A DNA stretch of 64,000 nucleotides from Geopsychrobacteraceae bacterium (GTDB taxonomy: Bacteria > Desulfobacterota > Desulfuromonadia > Desulfuromonadales > Geopsychrobacteraceae), in contig OY759353.1 in NCBI GenBank assembly GCA_963662315.1, positions 4,576,001 to 4,640,000 on the forward strand. Reading direction: 5' to 3'. A program made the translations under genes and the position numbers. Shown here one piece after another: positions 10,168-19,174 of this stretch. The stretch's first letter is position 1. Each line of letters opens with the position of its first letter. The notes under the pieces are model-generated. The model saw only the letters and a list, made by a program, of their open reading frames with translations. It did no database searches and was not told the DNA's origin.

Positions 10168-11154
10168 TTAGCGGGTCAACCCGGTGCCGGTTAGTGGTTG
10201 AGACGGGAAGTCACTACCATGAACAACTTTGTGACATGATGTACATTTGGTTCCGAATGACATCTGCCATCCCTCTGCGCCATGTGGATTCGCCCGGGCA
10301 ATATCCGCTCCCGCAGCGACTTGTTCTGACGTGGGAGTATAGCCTTCGCGGAGCATATGAAAATGCCCTTCATGGCATTGCAGGCACAGGAATGGCTCGT
10401 TCTGAACCAGCATGTTGTTGGCGACTGAGCCATGAGGGTCATGGCAGATGGTGCAATCGTCTTCAACCGGGGCATGCCCGAAGACAAAGGGCCCCTGGTA
10501 ACGGCTGTGGCAGTCAAGGCACAGATCGTTGGTGCGCTCATGGGTGTTGAGCTCACCGTGCGGGTTGTGGCAGTCCGCACAATCCATTTTTCCTTCTTTG
10601 ATTGGATGATGAGAGGGGAAGTTGCTTTTCGCCATCATCTCCTGGTGGCAGGAGTAACAGAGCTGTGGATCTTCCTGTTTCAGGCTGGCTTTCAGCGGTT
10701 CTTCAGAGTGCATGGTGTGGCAGTCGGTACAGCTGAGATCTGCTAAGGCATGCTCACTATGAGTCCAGTCCATCAGGCCTCCAGCGCTATGGCAGGTGGC
10801 ACAGATCGCCCCGGTTTCTTCGGCAGCAAGCTGGGCTGGACGCAGAATGTGGCTGGTGTCGCCTTCTCCTGCAACGTGCAGGCTGCCTGGACCATGGCAG
10901 GATTCACAGCCTTTTTCAGCGCCCATCATTTCAAAATCAGCCAGACGCCCGTGGACGTTGCGACTGAACTGTTCTGCCATACCTTCATGACATTCCAGGC
11001 AGGTATCCTGCCCGATGTAGCTGGCACCTTCAATTTCCGGCATGGTCAGCAGCTTTTGCCTGATCGCTCCGGTCGCACACGCGGCCAGAATAAGAATCAG
11101 GGGGATCAAGCAGACCAGCCGGCCCTTTCTGGTGCCGGATGATTTGAATCGCAT
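10168..11154 (-). CDS. Decaheme c-type cytochrome, DmsE/MtrA family, lipoprotein
   Basis: Ten CXXCH (CLECH, CESCH, CATCH, CTDCH, CYSCH, CADCH, CLDCH, CTICH, CLQCH, CTSCH); GPFVFGHAPV, VHGSDFPS; lipobox LAAC; AGGAGG RBS. Confidence 0.95.
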   Translation of the reverse strand: MRFKSSGTRKGRLVCLIPLILILAACATGAIRQKLLTMPEIEGASYIGQDTCLECHEGMAEQFSRNVHGRLADFEMMGAEKGCESCHGPGSLHVAGEGDTSHILRPAQLAAEETGAICATCHSAGGLMDWTHSEHALADLSCTDCHTMHSEEPLKASLKQEDPQLCYSCHQEMMAKSNFPSHHPIKEGKMDCADCHNPHGELNTHERTNDLCLDCHSRYQGPFVFGHAPVEDDCTICHDPHGSVANNMLVQNEPFLCLQCHEGHFHMLREGYTPTSEQVAAGADIARANPHGAEGWQMSFGTKCTSCHKVVHGSDFPSQPLTGTGLTR

Positions 11155-11350
11155 GTTGCCTCCTTCAGTTCACAATCGGTGTGAAAATAGAACTTGCATG
11201 TGGCAGTGGTAAGTCCTGTTATCCTTTCAGATAGACCTCCTTTCCGCGCAGAATAGTTATTCTGATCTATGCCTGATGTGTTACAATTCATGACGTTCTG
11301 ATACTAACTCAGCTATAAACTGATGTTGAAACGAATCATTTTCATAACTG

Positions 11351-11367
11351 TATTAGTAAAACTGATA
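11351..11367. promoter_or_regulatory. Candidate LysR recognition box (T-N11-A dyad)
   Basis: TATTAGT-AAA-ACTGATA, 7-bp arms with 1 mismatch, about 30 nt upstream of the LysR ATG in the divergent intergenic region. Confidence 0.5.
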
Positions 11368-11396
11368 ACTACCCTTTTTGATATCTGGAAAACCGA

Positions 11397-12305
11397 ATGG
11401 ACACCCGTTATCTCAAGACGCTTATCACCATCAACGATACCGGCAGTTTTTCTCAAGCCGCGAAAACACTCCATATTACCCAGTCTGCTGTTTCTCAACG
11501 GATCAAGTTTCTCGAGGATGCCTTTGGTTACGATCTATTTGATCGTTCCGGAGGGACGCTTTCATTGACCAGCCCTGGGGAGATTGTGCTGGATAACGCG
11601 AAGAGAATGCTGGCTATTGAAGCTGAAATGCTGGCTAAACTAAAACGTATAAAAGAGCGGCAGAAGGTTTCTCTTTGCTGTACGCCAACTTTCGGGACCG
11701 TTTATCTGCCCGGTGTTCTGAATCGTTTTATGCTCACCAGCGGGGCTCCTGCTGATCTTAAATTTTTACTGCATAGCCCCGATCAGGCTCTGGAAGGAAT
11801 TATGCTGAAGGAGTTTGATATCGCTATTGTTGAACATTGCGCCAATGCTGATTTGAGCCTGTTTCAGTCCTATTCTTTGCCTGATGATCAATTACTGTTT
11901 GTTAGTTCTCCCAAGCTGGGTTTGGCCACGCCGCAAATTGCTCTTGAGGAGTTATTTAATTATTGTCTGTTCGCGCGTAAGGAAGGGTGCAGTTCGCGGC
12001 AATTGATCGGTAGTGGGCTTGATACCTTTGGCTATAGTCTGGATAATTTTTCCGGAGTCGTCACATCCGATGACTTGCGTCTGACCTGTCATACTGTTCT
12101 GTCAGGTGGTGGGATTTCCTTCCTGTCAAAAAGCCTGGTCTGTGAATACCTGGAAACCGGGCAGATGGTGGGTCATTATGTCCAAGACTTTCCCCATTCC
12201 CGTAAGCGGTCAGTTGTTATGCAAAAAGGCCGTGAAACGGAACCTCTTATCAGCAGTTTTGTACGCTGCATTTTCAATGTTATGGATGTCCCGTCACCAT
12301 TCTGA
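11397..12305 (+). CDS. LysR-family transcriptional regulator, Cys-rich effector domain
   Basis: HTH: GSFSQAAKTLHITQSAVSQRIKFLED.FG..LFDR; divergent from the cytochrome-porin operon. Confidence 0.95.
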   Translation: MDTRYLKTLITINDTGSFSQAAKTLHITQSAVSQRIKFLEDAFGYDLFDRSGGTLSLTSPGEIVLDNAKRMLAIEAEMLAKLKRIKERQKVSLCCTPTFGTVYLPGVLNRFMLTSGAPADLKFLLHSPDQALEGIMLKEFDIAIVEHCANADLSLFQSYSLPDDQLLFVSSPKLGLATPQIALEELFNYCLFARKEGCSSRQLIGSGLDTFGYSLDNFSGVVTSDDLRLTCHTVLSGGGISFLSKSLVCEYLETGQMVGHYVQDFPHSRKRSVVMQKGRETEPLISSFVRCIFNVMDVPSPF

Positions 12306-12334
12306 TTCTGGACATTCACGCGGAGAATCTGAAC

Positions 12335-12374
12335 AAAAAAAGGCCTCGTACTCTATGGAGTAGCGAGGCCTTTT
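12335..12374. terminator. Bidirectional terminator between LysR and rlmD
   Basis: aaaaaaaggcctcg ... cgaggcctttt. Confidence 0.8.
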
Positions 12375-12418
12375 AATCTATTACAGATTACCAGGTGAAA
12401 ATACAACCGAGGCTGGTT

Positions 12419-13867
12419 TTAACCCAGTTTTAGATGGACAACAGTTTCAATATGGGCGGTCTGAGGGAACATGTCAACCGGCTGTACCCTGATTATCTGG
12501 TAGCCATTTTTGCCAAGGATGGCCAAGTCGCGGGCCAAGCTGTCAGGATCGCATGAAACATAGATGATCTGTTCTGGTTGTACTCCTCCCAATGCGGCCA
12601 GCAGTTCTTCCGAACAGCCTTTGCGGGGTGGATTGACTGTAACCAGTTTGGGCTTTCTGCCGCCTGCGGCAACTTTCTGAAATTCTATGGCGGCATCACC
12701 TGACAAGAAACGGGTGTTGTCCAGCTGATTAAAACGGGCATTCTCTGCAGCGTTTCTAACCGCTTCAGCAACATATTCAATGCCAATCACATAGCCGGCA
12801 TCCTGGGCCAGATGCAGAGCAATTCCGCCGATACCACAGAACAGGTCGATAGCCGTGTCCTGCCTGGTCAGGCCGGCCCATTTACGGACCATGGCGTAAA
12901 TGCGGGCAGCCTGCAGGGTATTGACCTGAAAAAAAGCTTCAGGAGACATGCGTAGTTTAATGTCACCGACCTGATCGATGAGGTCGGGCAGGCCAAAGAC
13001 TTTGCGCGTTTCCTGACCGATAATCACGTTGCCACCGGAACTGTTGATGTTCTGATGTACGCCGATGACTTCGGGAGCTTTGCGCATCAGCCATTTGGCC
13101 AGGTTTGGCAGGTACTGGTGATCTTCATAATGACAGACAAAAGTGACCAGTGCTTTGTTGCTGGTCGGACTGACTCGGATCATCAGATAGCGGAGCAAGC
13201 CATTCTGATGCACGGGACTGTACACTGATATCTTCTGGCGTTGGACTTCTTCTCTGACAATCGCAGCAACTTTGTTGATCAAGGGGTGATGAACCGGACA
13301 GTCCGGGCAGTCGATGACCGCGTGGCTGCCGCGTTGATAGAGCCCCAACAACACCTGTTCACGTTTGCGGCCAAATACCAGTTTGGCACTGGCCCGGTAG
13401 TGGGTCGGGTCGGGGGAGGCCAGAACCGGTTCAACGTTGATCTCCGGGCTCAGTTTTTGCTCAGCAAAAGCGTTGCAGACACGGTGTTTTTTATAGTCCA
13501 GCTGGGCCGGATATTTCATCGCGATCAGTGAACATCCCAGGCATTTCTGCTCAATTCTGCAGGGTGGATTGGCTGTCCGTTCGGGAGCATTGCGTAACAC
13601 GCGTTTCAACTGCGTATATATATGGGTTTTGCCGATGTGATCAACTTCAGCAACAACGGTTTCTCCCGGGAAAGCCCCTTGGACCAGGGCAATTTTTCCT
13701 TCATGAGGCGCCAGGCCAACCCCCTCGGTATCAAGCCGGTCTATGGTGAGCTTGATGGTTTCTTTGGTTGGTGCTTTAGTGGGTTTTTGCTGAGCGGGTT
13801 TTGATGTTGCTTTTTCCGGTTTGGCAGTTTTCCCTCTAACAGCTTTGTTTTTGATTGTTTTACGCAT
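12419..13867 (-). CDS. rlmD: 23S rRNA m5U1939 methyltransferase (TrmA/RlmD family)
   Basis: TRAM domain, Fe-S Cys motif, AFFQVN, DLFCGIG, NPPRKG, YVSCDP.SLARDL, DMFPQTAHIE. Confidence 0.9.
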   Translation of the reverse strand: MRKTIKNKAVRGKTAKPEKATSKPAQQKPTKAPTKETIKLTIDRLDTEGVGLAPHEGKIALVQGAFPGETVVAEVDHIGKTHIYTQLKRVLRNAPERTANPPCRIEQKCLGCSLIAMKYPAQLDYKKHRVCNAFAEQKLSPEINVEPVLASPDPTHYRASAKLVFGRKREQVLLGLYQRGSHAVIDCPDCPVHHPLINKVAAIVREEVQRQKISVYSPVHQNGLLRYLMIRVSPTSNKALVTFVCHYEDHQYLPNLAKWLMRKAPEVIGVHQNINSSGGNVIIGQETRKVFGLPDLIDQVGDIKLRMSPEAFFQVNTLQAARIYAMVRKWAGLTRQDTAIDLFCGIGGIALHLAQDAGYVIGIEYVAEAVRNAAENARFNQLDNTRFLSGDAAIEFQKVAAGGRKPKLVTVNPPRKGCSEELLAALGGVQPEQIIYVSCDPDSLARDLAILGKNGYQIIRVQPVDMFPQTAHIETVVHLKLG

Positions 13868-14040
13868 AGTTAATTACGAGCTCCTGACAGCCTTGAAAAA
13901 AGAAACGCAGCTTACTCTCTGGCGGGGGGGGCTGTCAATTATTGTCCTCTTGTTTCTGCTTGGCAAGTTGGCTAGACTGCTTCTCAGTAAACTTTATCGG
14001 TACGAAATAGCATTTATATAAACCTGCAGGAGAAATAAAC

Positions 14041-15126
14041 GTGCGGCAACAGACACGTCAGATAAAACTGGGAGATCTTAAAATTGGCGGCGATGCTCCG
14101 GTCAGCATCCAATCTATGTGCAATACCGATACCCGTGATGTCGCGGCCACATTAGCCCAGATTTCTGCGTTGCAGACGGCCGGTTGTGAAGTGGTTCGCT
14201 GTGCGGTGCCGGACCAGACCGCGGCGTTGGCGCTGGGAGACATAAAAAGAGGGATCGCTATTCCCTTGATAGCCGATATCCATTTTGACTATCGCCTCGC
14301 TTTGACGGCAGTCGAGCAGGGGGTTGACGGTCTGCGCTTGAACCCCGGCAATATCGGCGAAATCTGGAAAGTTAAAGAGGTGGTTCAGGCCTGCTCGGAA
14401 CGTCAGATGCCGATTCGCATTGGTGTTAATGCAGGTTCTCTTGAAGCGGACCTGCTCGCCAAGCATGGTCACCCAACGGCTGCGGCCATGGTGGAGAGTG
14501 CTCTGGGGCATATCCGGATTCTCGAAGAGCTCGGTTACCAGGAAATCAAAGTCAGTCTGAAAGCTTCCGATATTGCCCGTACGGTCGATGCTTACCGACT
14601 TCTGGCCGGGCAGGTTGATTATCCGCTGCATATCGGGATTACTGAAGCGGGTACCACCTGGAGTGGCACGATCAAGAGTGCCATTGGGATCGGGACTCTT
14701 CTTTGTGATGGCATGGGTGATACCTTGCGCGTGTCTTTGACCGGTGATCCGGTTGAAGAGGTCCGTGTCGGTTGGGAGATTCTTAAAAGCCTCAAGCTCA
14801 GGGAACGCGGGCCGGTATTTATCAGTTGTCCGACTTGCGGACGTTGCCAGATTGACCTGATCGGTACCGCAGAAGAGGTAGAACGGCGCCTGAAGGACCT
14901 GCCTTTACCATTGACTATTGCGGTCATGGGGTGTGTTGTCAACGGGCCCGGGGAGGCGCGTGAGGCTGATCTTGGTATTGCCGGTGGAAAAGGGCAGGGA
15001 ATCTTGTTTCGGCATGGTGAAATCGTACGCAAAGTCCCCCAGGCGGAATTGGCCGATGCTCTGGTGGCAGAAGCATGGCGATTGATTGAAGAGCGGGGCA
15101 GGCATGAGGATAAGACCTCTGGATGA
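14041..15126 (+). CDS. ispG: 4-hydroxy-3-methylbut-2-en-1-yl diphosphate synthase
   Basis: IQSMCNTDT, ADIHFDY, RLNPGNIG, SCPTCGR, VMGCVVNGPGE. Confidence 0.97.
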   Translation: MRQQTRQIKLGDLKIGGDAPVSIQSMCNTDTRDVAATLAQISALQTAGCEVVRCAVPDQTAALALGDIKRGIAIPLIADIHFDYRLALTAVEQGVDGLRLNPGNIGEIWKVKEVVQACSERQMPIRIGVNAGSLEADLLAKHGHPTAAAMVESALGHIRILEELGYQEIKVSLKASDIARTVDAYRLLAGQVDYPLHIGITEAGTTWSGTIKSAIGIGTLLCDGMGDTLRVSLTGDPVEEVRVGWEILKSLKLRERGPVFISCPTCGRCQIDLIGTAEEVERRLKDLPLPLTIAVMGCVVNGPGEAREADLGIAGGKGQGILFRHGEIVRKVPQAELADALVAEAWRLIEERGRHEDKTSG

Positions 15127-15399
15127 TTTGTTTGTCGGATATGATGACTGCCTGTAGCATTTCGTTCTGCAGGGGCGCTTGCTTCTCCTTTGGAGACGAT
15201 GCCTGCTGGCATGCATCCCAACTTGCTTTTCTTCCTGAATCGGGTTAATTTCCCCAATCAATCCTATCTATTTTTATGATTTCCGGTAAGGTTGCCTTTG
15301 GGTGTACCCTGGGACCTTGTGGCTTGAAACGATATAATTGATATTTGTGCCTTGTTATTGAATTGGTCATTATTTACTTAAACAACAGGAAGATTTTCT

Positions 15400-17118
15400 A
15401 TGCGCTATTCTCAATACCTTCTGCCTACTCTAAAAGAGACCCCTGCCGACGCTGAAGTTATCAGTCACCAGCTGATGATGCGTGCTGGTATGATCCGCAA
15501 GGTTGCTGCCGGAGTGTACAATTATATGCCTTTCGGTCTGCGTTCTATTCGCAAAATGGAGCAGATTATCCGAGAAGAGATGAACAAAGCAGGGGCTATC
15601 GAGTGCCTGATGCCGATGGCAAACCCCGGGGAACTGTGGCAGGAGTCGGGACGCTGGGAAAAGTATGGCAAAGAACTGTTGCGCTTCAAGGATCGTAAAA
15701 ATGCCGACTTCTGCATGGGACCAACCCATGAAGAGGTGGTTACCGATATCGTACGGAATACGGTTAATTCCTATCGTCAGCTGCCGCTGAATCTGTATCA
15801 GATTCAGACCAAGTTCCGGGATGAAATCAGACCCCGTTTCGGACTGATGCGGGGGCGTGAATTTATTATGAAAGACGCGTATTCTTTTGATATTGATGAT
15901 GCCGGAGCAGATAAATCTTACGCAAAAATGTACCAGGCTTATCGTAATATTTTTAACCGTTGTGGTTTGAAATTTCGCGCCGTTGAGGCCGACAGCGGTG
16001 CCATCGGTGGCAGCTTCTCCCATGAATTCATGGTTCTGGCCGAATCGGGGGAAGATGGCATCGTCTCCTGTGATACCTGCGAGTATGCCGCCAATATTGA
16101 AAAGGCTGAATTGTATTATCGTGATATGGAAACCGCAACAGCTACTGCGCCATTGCAGAAAATCGATACTCCCGATCAGCGAACTATCGAAGATGTTGCG
16201 GACTTTCTCAACGTGACTGCCCAGCAACTGGTCAAAACACTTATTGTTCAGACCTCCAAGGATGAAGTTGTTGCTGTCCTGCTGCGCGGTGATCGTGAAC
16301 TCAATTCAATCAAACTGGCTAACTTGTTGGACGTCGACTGGGCGCTGCTTGCTGAGGATGATGTTATCCGTCAGGTCACCGCTGCTCCGGTTGGTTTTGC
16401 TGGTCCGATTGGCTTGACCATTCCGGTGTATGCTGATAGCGAAGTTCGCGGCATGGCTGACTTTGTGGTCGGAGGTAACGCTGCTGATGTCCATTATATA
16501 GGCGCTAATCATGGGCGCGATTTTGCGGTAACCCGCTTTGCTGATATACGCCAGGCGGTTGCCGGGGACCCCTGCCCACGCTGCGATGGTGGGAAATTTG
16601 AAAGCTGGCGGGGAATTGAGGTTGGTCATGTCTTTAAGCTTGGTACCAAATACTCAGATGCCATGAATGCCACGGTTCTTAACGATAAAGGACAGGCTCA
16701 ATCGTTGGTTATGGGGTGTTACGGCATCGGTGTTGGCCGTACTGTTGCCGCAGCGATCGAACAGAATCATGATGAAAATGGCCTGATGCTGCCGATGCCT
16801 CTTGCTCCTTTTCAGGTGCTTGTGTGTATGCTTAATCCCAAGGATGATGAAGTTCGTGAAGCGGCTGAAAAGCTTTACGCTGAATTGGAAAGCGTTGGGA
16901 TCGAGGTCCTGCTTGATGATCGCGATGAAAGACCGGGGATCAAGTTCAAGGATGCAGACCTGATCGGTATTCCTTTGCGTGTTACCGTCGGAGCCCGAAC
17001 CCTTAAGGAAGGCAATGTTGAGCTCAAGGCCAGAGCGACTGGAGAACAGACTGAGGTTGCTGTCGACAAGATTGTCAATAAGTTGGAACAGCTGGTTGCC
17101 GAGGGGTTGAATTTTTAA
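15400..17118 (+). CDS. proS: Proline--tRNA ligase with INS editing domain
   Basis: GPTHEE, FRDEIRPRFGLMRGREFIMKDAYSF, GIEVGHVFKLGTKYS, MGCYGIG. Confidence 0.98.
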   Translation: MRYSQYLLPTLKETPADAEVISHQLMMRAGMIRKVAAGVYNYMPFGLRSIRKMEQIIREEMNKAGAIECLMPMANPGELWQESGRWEKYGKELLRFKDRKNADFCMGPTHEEVVTDIVRNTVNSYRQLPLNLYQIQTKFRDEIRPRFGLMRGREFIMKDAYSFDIDDAGADKSYAKMYQAYRNIFNRCGLKFRAVEADSGAIGGSFSHEFMVLAESGEDGIVSCDTCEYAANIEKAELYYRDMETATATAPLQKIDTPDQRTIEDVADFLNVTAQQLVKTLIVQTSKDEVVAVLLRGDRELNSIKLANLLDVDWALLAEDDVIRQVTAAPVGFAGPIGLTIPVYADSEVRGMADFVVGGNAADVHYIGANHGRDFAVTRFADIRQAVAGDPCPRCDGGKFESWRGIEVGHVFKLGTKYSDAMNATVLNDKGQAQSLVMGCYGIGVGRTVAAAIEQNHDENGLMLPMPLAPFQVLVCMLNPKDDEVREAAEKLYAELESVGIEVLLDDRDERPGIKFKDADLIGIPLRVTVGARTLKEGNVELKARATGEQTEVAVDKIVNKLEQLVAEGLNF

Positions 17119-17210
17119 TTGGTTTGATTTTAGCACGCGCTGCAAACGCGGAATCAGGTTTTCTCGTGCGTGGAGATTGAACTAAATGGGAAGCGTAGCT
17201 AACAAAAGCA

Positions 17211-18437
17211 ATGGGTGTATTAGAAGTTAACAGCGACGGAATGTTGCGATTGCCAAAAGGTGCGGCAGTCGCTCTTAAGGGGGGAGCGCTTCAGGTCGTG
17301 TCTGTATCGACGGACCACCTGTTTCTCTGCCGACCTGATAGGGAGTCCATTGTTCAGATGGCTGGTGTTCTGGTCGATGGTTGCGTGCCTGATCTGTTGT
17401 CCTTTTTTAATATGTTCCGAAAAACAGGAGTTCTGACCTTTGAGCTTGCTGGAGGGACAAAGTCCCTATATTACCAACAAGGGGAAATCGTTTACGCGAC
17501 CAGTTCTTTTTTGAGTGAAGATCTTGGGGAGGTCCTTTTTTCACTGGGGAAGATTGAACGTAAGTTGTTACAGCATGCACGTGCTGCGGTTCGGGCCAAT
17601 ACAACACTCGCCAAAGTGCTGGTTGACCTTGGCGTCGCTACCCCGAAGGATTTGTGGATGGCGACGCGTATTCAGGTCGAGAGCATCGTTTACAGTTTGT
17701 TTGGTGTTGCTTCCGGAGGGTTTTCTTTTCAGCTCCTTGCCATTGAGCAGGAACAGATTCTTCGATTGTCCATGAGTACCCAGAACCTGATCATGGAAGG
17801 TTTGCGGCGTCAGGATGAGCGCGCCTTGTTTATGCGTAAAATTGTGTCACTCGACTACTACCCCAAGCTGACTGCTGTTGAAGGGAATGACTTGACTCAG
17901 ACTGAAGCCGGGCTACTCCGCTTGGCTCGTTCGGGAAGCTTGTCTGCTAAGGAATTGTTCCGTCGTGCAGGGGTTCACGAATTTGAGGGTCTGCGTGTTC
18001 TGCATGAGCTGATCGGCAAGCGTCTGCTGGTCATGGAAGATACGCCGAACATTGAAGTTGAAGGACCTCTTGGTGAGATACTGAACATTTATAATGTTTT
18101 GTTCCGGGGGCTGTTTGTGAAGTTGAAAGAACAGGGAGATGCTGCGGTCAGTGAGTTGGCTGATCGTTTACGTGAGTTGCCTCAGCCGTATTCCTATGTG
18201 CTGCGGGATGTGCAGTTTCAGCGTGACGGAGCTCTTGATGGACAGAAAGTTGTCGCCAACCTTGAGGGGTTGGCTGAGGGAGATCGCCGTAAGTTGCTAG
18301 CTGATGCGTTGTGTGAAGTTGCTTATGTTGAAACGATGTTACTGAGGCGTGTAATGGCTGCCGACGAGGCACGCCCTTTGATTGCCAAGGTTCAGGATGT
18401 GACGGCGAAAGTTCGTCAGCTCGTTGGAAGGGTATAG
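17211..18437 (+). CDS. DUF4388/PATAN-like domain protein
   Basis: G.L....PDLL..F....KTGVL, G.IVYA.S, LGEVL, STQNLIMEGLRRQDE pattern. Confidence 0.7.
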   Translation: MGVLEVNSDGMLRLPKGAAVALKGGALQVVSVSTDHLFLCRPDRESIVQMAGVLVDGCVPDLLSFFNMFRKTGVLTFELAGGTKSLYYQQGEIVYATSSFLSEDLGEVLFSLGKIERKLLQHARAAVRANTTLAKVLVDLGVATPKDLWMATRIQVESIVYSLFGVASGGFSFQLLAIEQEQILRLSMSTQNLIMEGLRRQDERALFMRKIVSLDYYPKLTAVEGNDLTQTEAGLLRLARSGSLSAKELFRRAGVHEFEGLRVLHELIGKRLLVMEDTPNIEVEGPLGEILNIYNVLFRGLFVKLKEQGDAAVSELADRLRELPQPYSYVLRDVQFQRDGALDGQKVVANLEGLAEGDRRKLLADALCEVAYVETMLLRRVMAADEARPLIAKVQDVTAKVRQLVGRV

Positions 18438-18445
18438 AAATAGAT

Positions 18446-19171
18446 ATGACTGCAAAAGAAAAGCTGATCTTTGCTCTTGATGTGGATGATTTTGAAAAGG
18501 CTGAACAGTGGGTTGCTAAACTTAAGGATCAGGTTGGTATCTTTAAAGTTGGTAAGCAGCTATTTACCCGTAGCGGACCTGAAGTGGTTCGGATGATAAC
18601 CGGCTATGGTGGACAGGTTTTTCTTGATTTGAAATATCATGATATTCCCAATACTGTTGCCAAAGCCTCGGTAGAGGCATGCAAGCTTGGGGTCAAAATG
18701 TTCAATGTGCATGCTCTGGGTGGAGCAGCAATGATGGAACAGACAGTTAAAGAAGTTGATGCCTATTGTGCCGAAACCGGGTGTCAAAGGCCGATTTTGC
18801 TGGCGGTTACCGTTCTGACTTCTTCGACTGAGGAAACCCTGCGTGGCGTGGGAATTGCTCACCCGGTTGAAGATATGGTGGTGCGATTGGCGCGCCTGGC
18901 CAAAGATTCCGGTTTTGACGGCGTTGTTGCTTCACCGCGTGAGATTTCTTTAATTCGTGCGGCGTGCGGGCCCGAGTTTGCCATCGTAACTCCCGGGGTT
19001 AGACCGGCAAATGCTTCGCTAGACGACCAGAAACGTGTCATGACCCCTGCGGAAGCGATTCGTTCGGGTGCTACCGCGTTGGTTATTGGTCGTCCAATAT
19101 CTGGGGCTGCTGACCCTAGACAGGCTGCCGAAGCTATTTTGTCCGAAATTGCCAGTGCCCTAGATGTTTAG
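18446..19171 (+). CDS. pyrF: Orotidine-5'-phosphate decarboxylase
   Basis: LIFALD, FLDLKYHDIPNTV, VTVLTS, TPGVRP, DDQKRVMTP, VIGRPI. Confidence 0.97.
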   Translation: MTAKEKLIFALDVDDFEKAEQWVAKLKDQVGIFKVGKQLFTRSGPEVVRMITGYGGQVFLDLKYHDIPNTVAKASVEACKLGVKMFNVHALGGAAMMEQTVKEVDAYCAETGCQRPILLAVTVLTSSTEETLRGVGIAHPVEDMVVRLARLAKDSGFDGVVASPREISLIRAACGPEFAIVTPGVRPANASLDDQKRVMTPAEAIRSGATALVIGRPISGAADPRQAAEAILSEIASALDV

Positions 19172-19174
19172 TGT

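Noticed and set aside
11155..11290. Moco or c-di-GMP/c-GAMP (GEMM) riboswitch in the cytochrome leader
   Set aside because: Only GGAAAGGAG resembles the Moco 3' end; the other conserved cores were not found by eye
15141..15248. 35-aa Cys-rich ORF between ispG and proS (MMTACSISFCRGACF...)
   Set aside because: No clear RBS and no recognisable motif; likely chance
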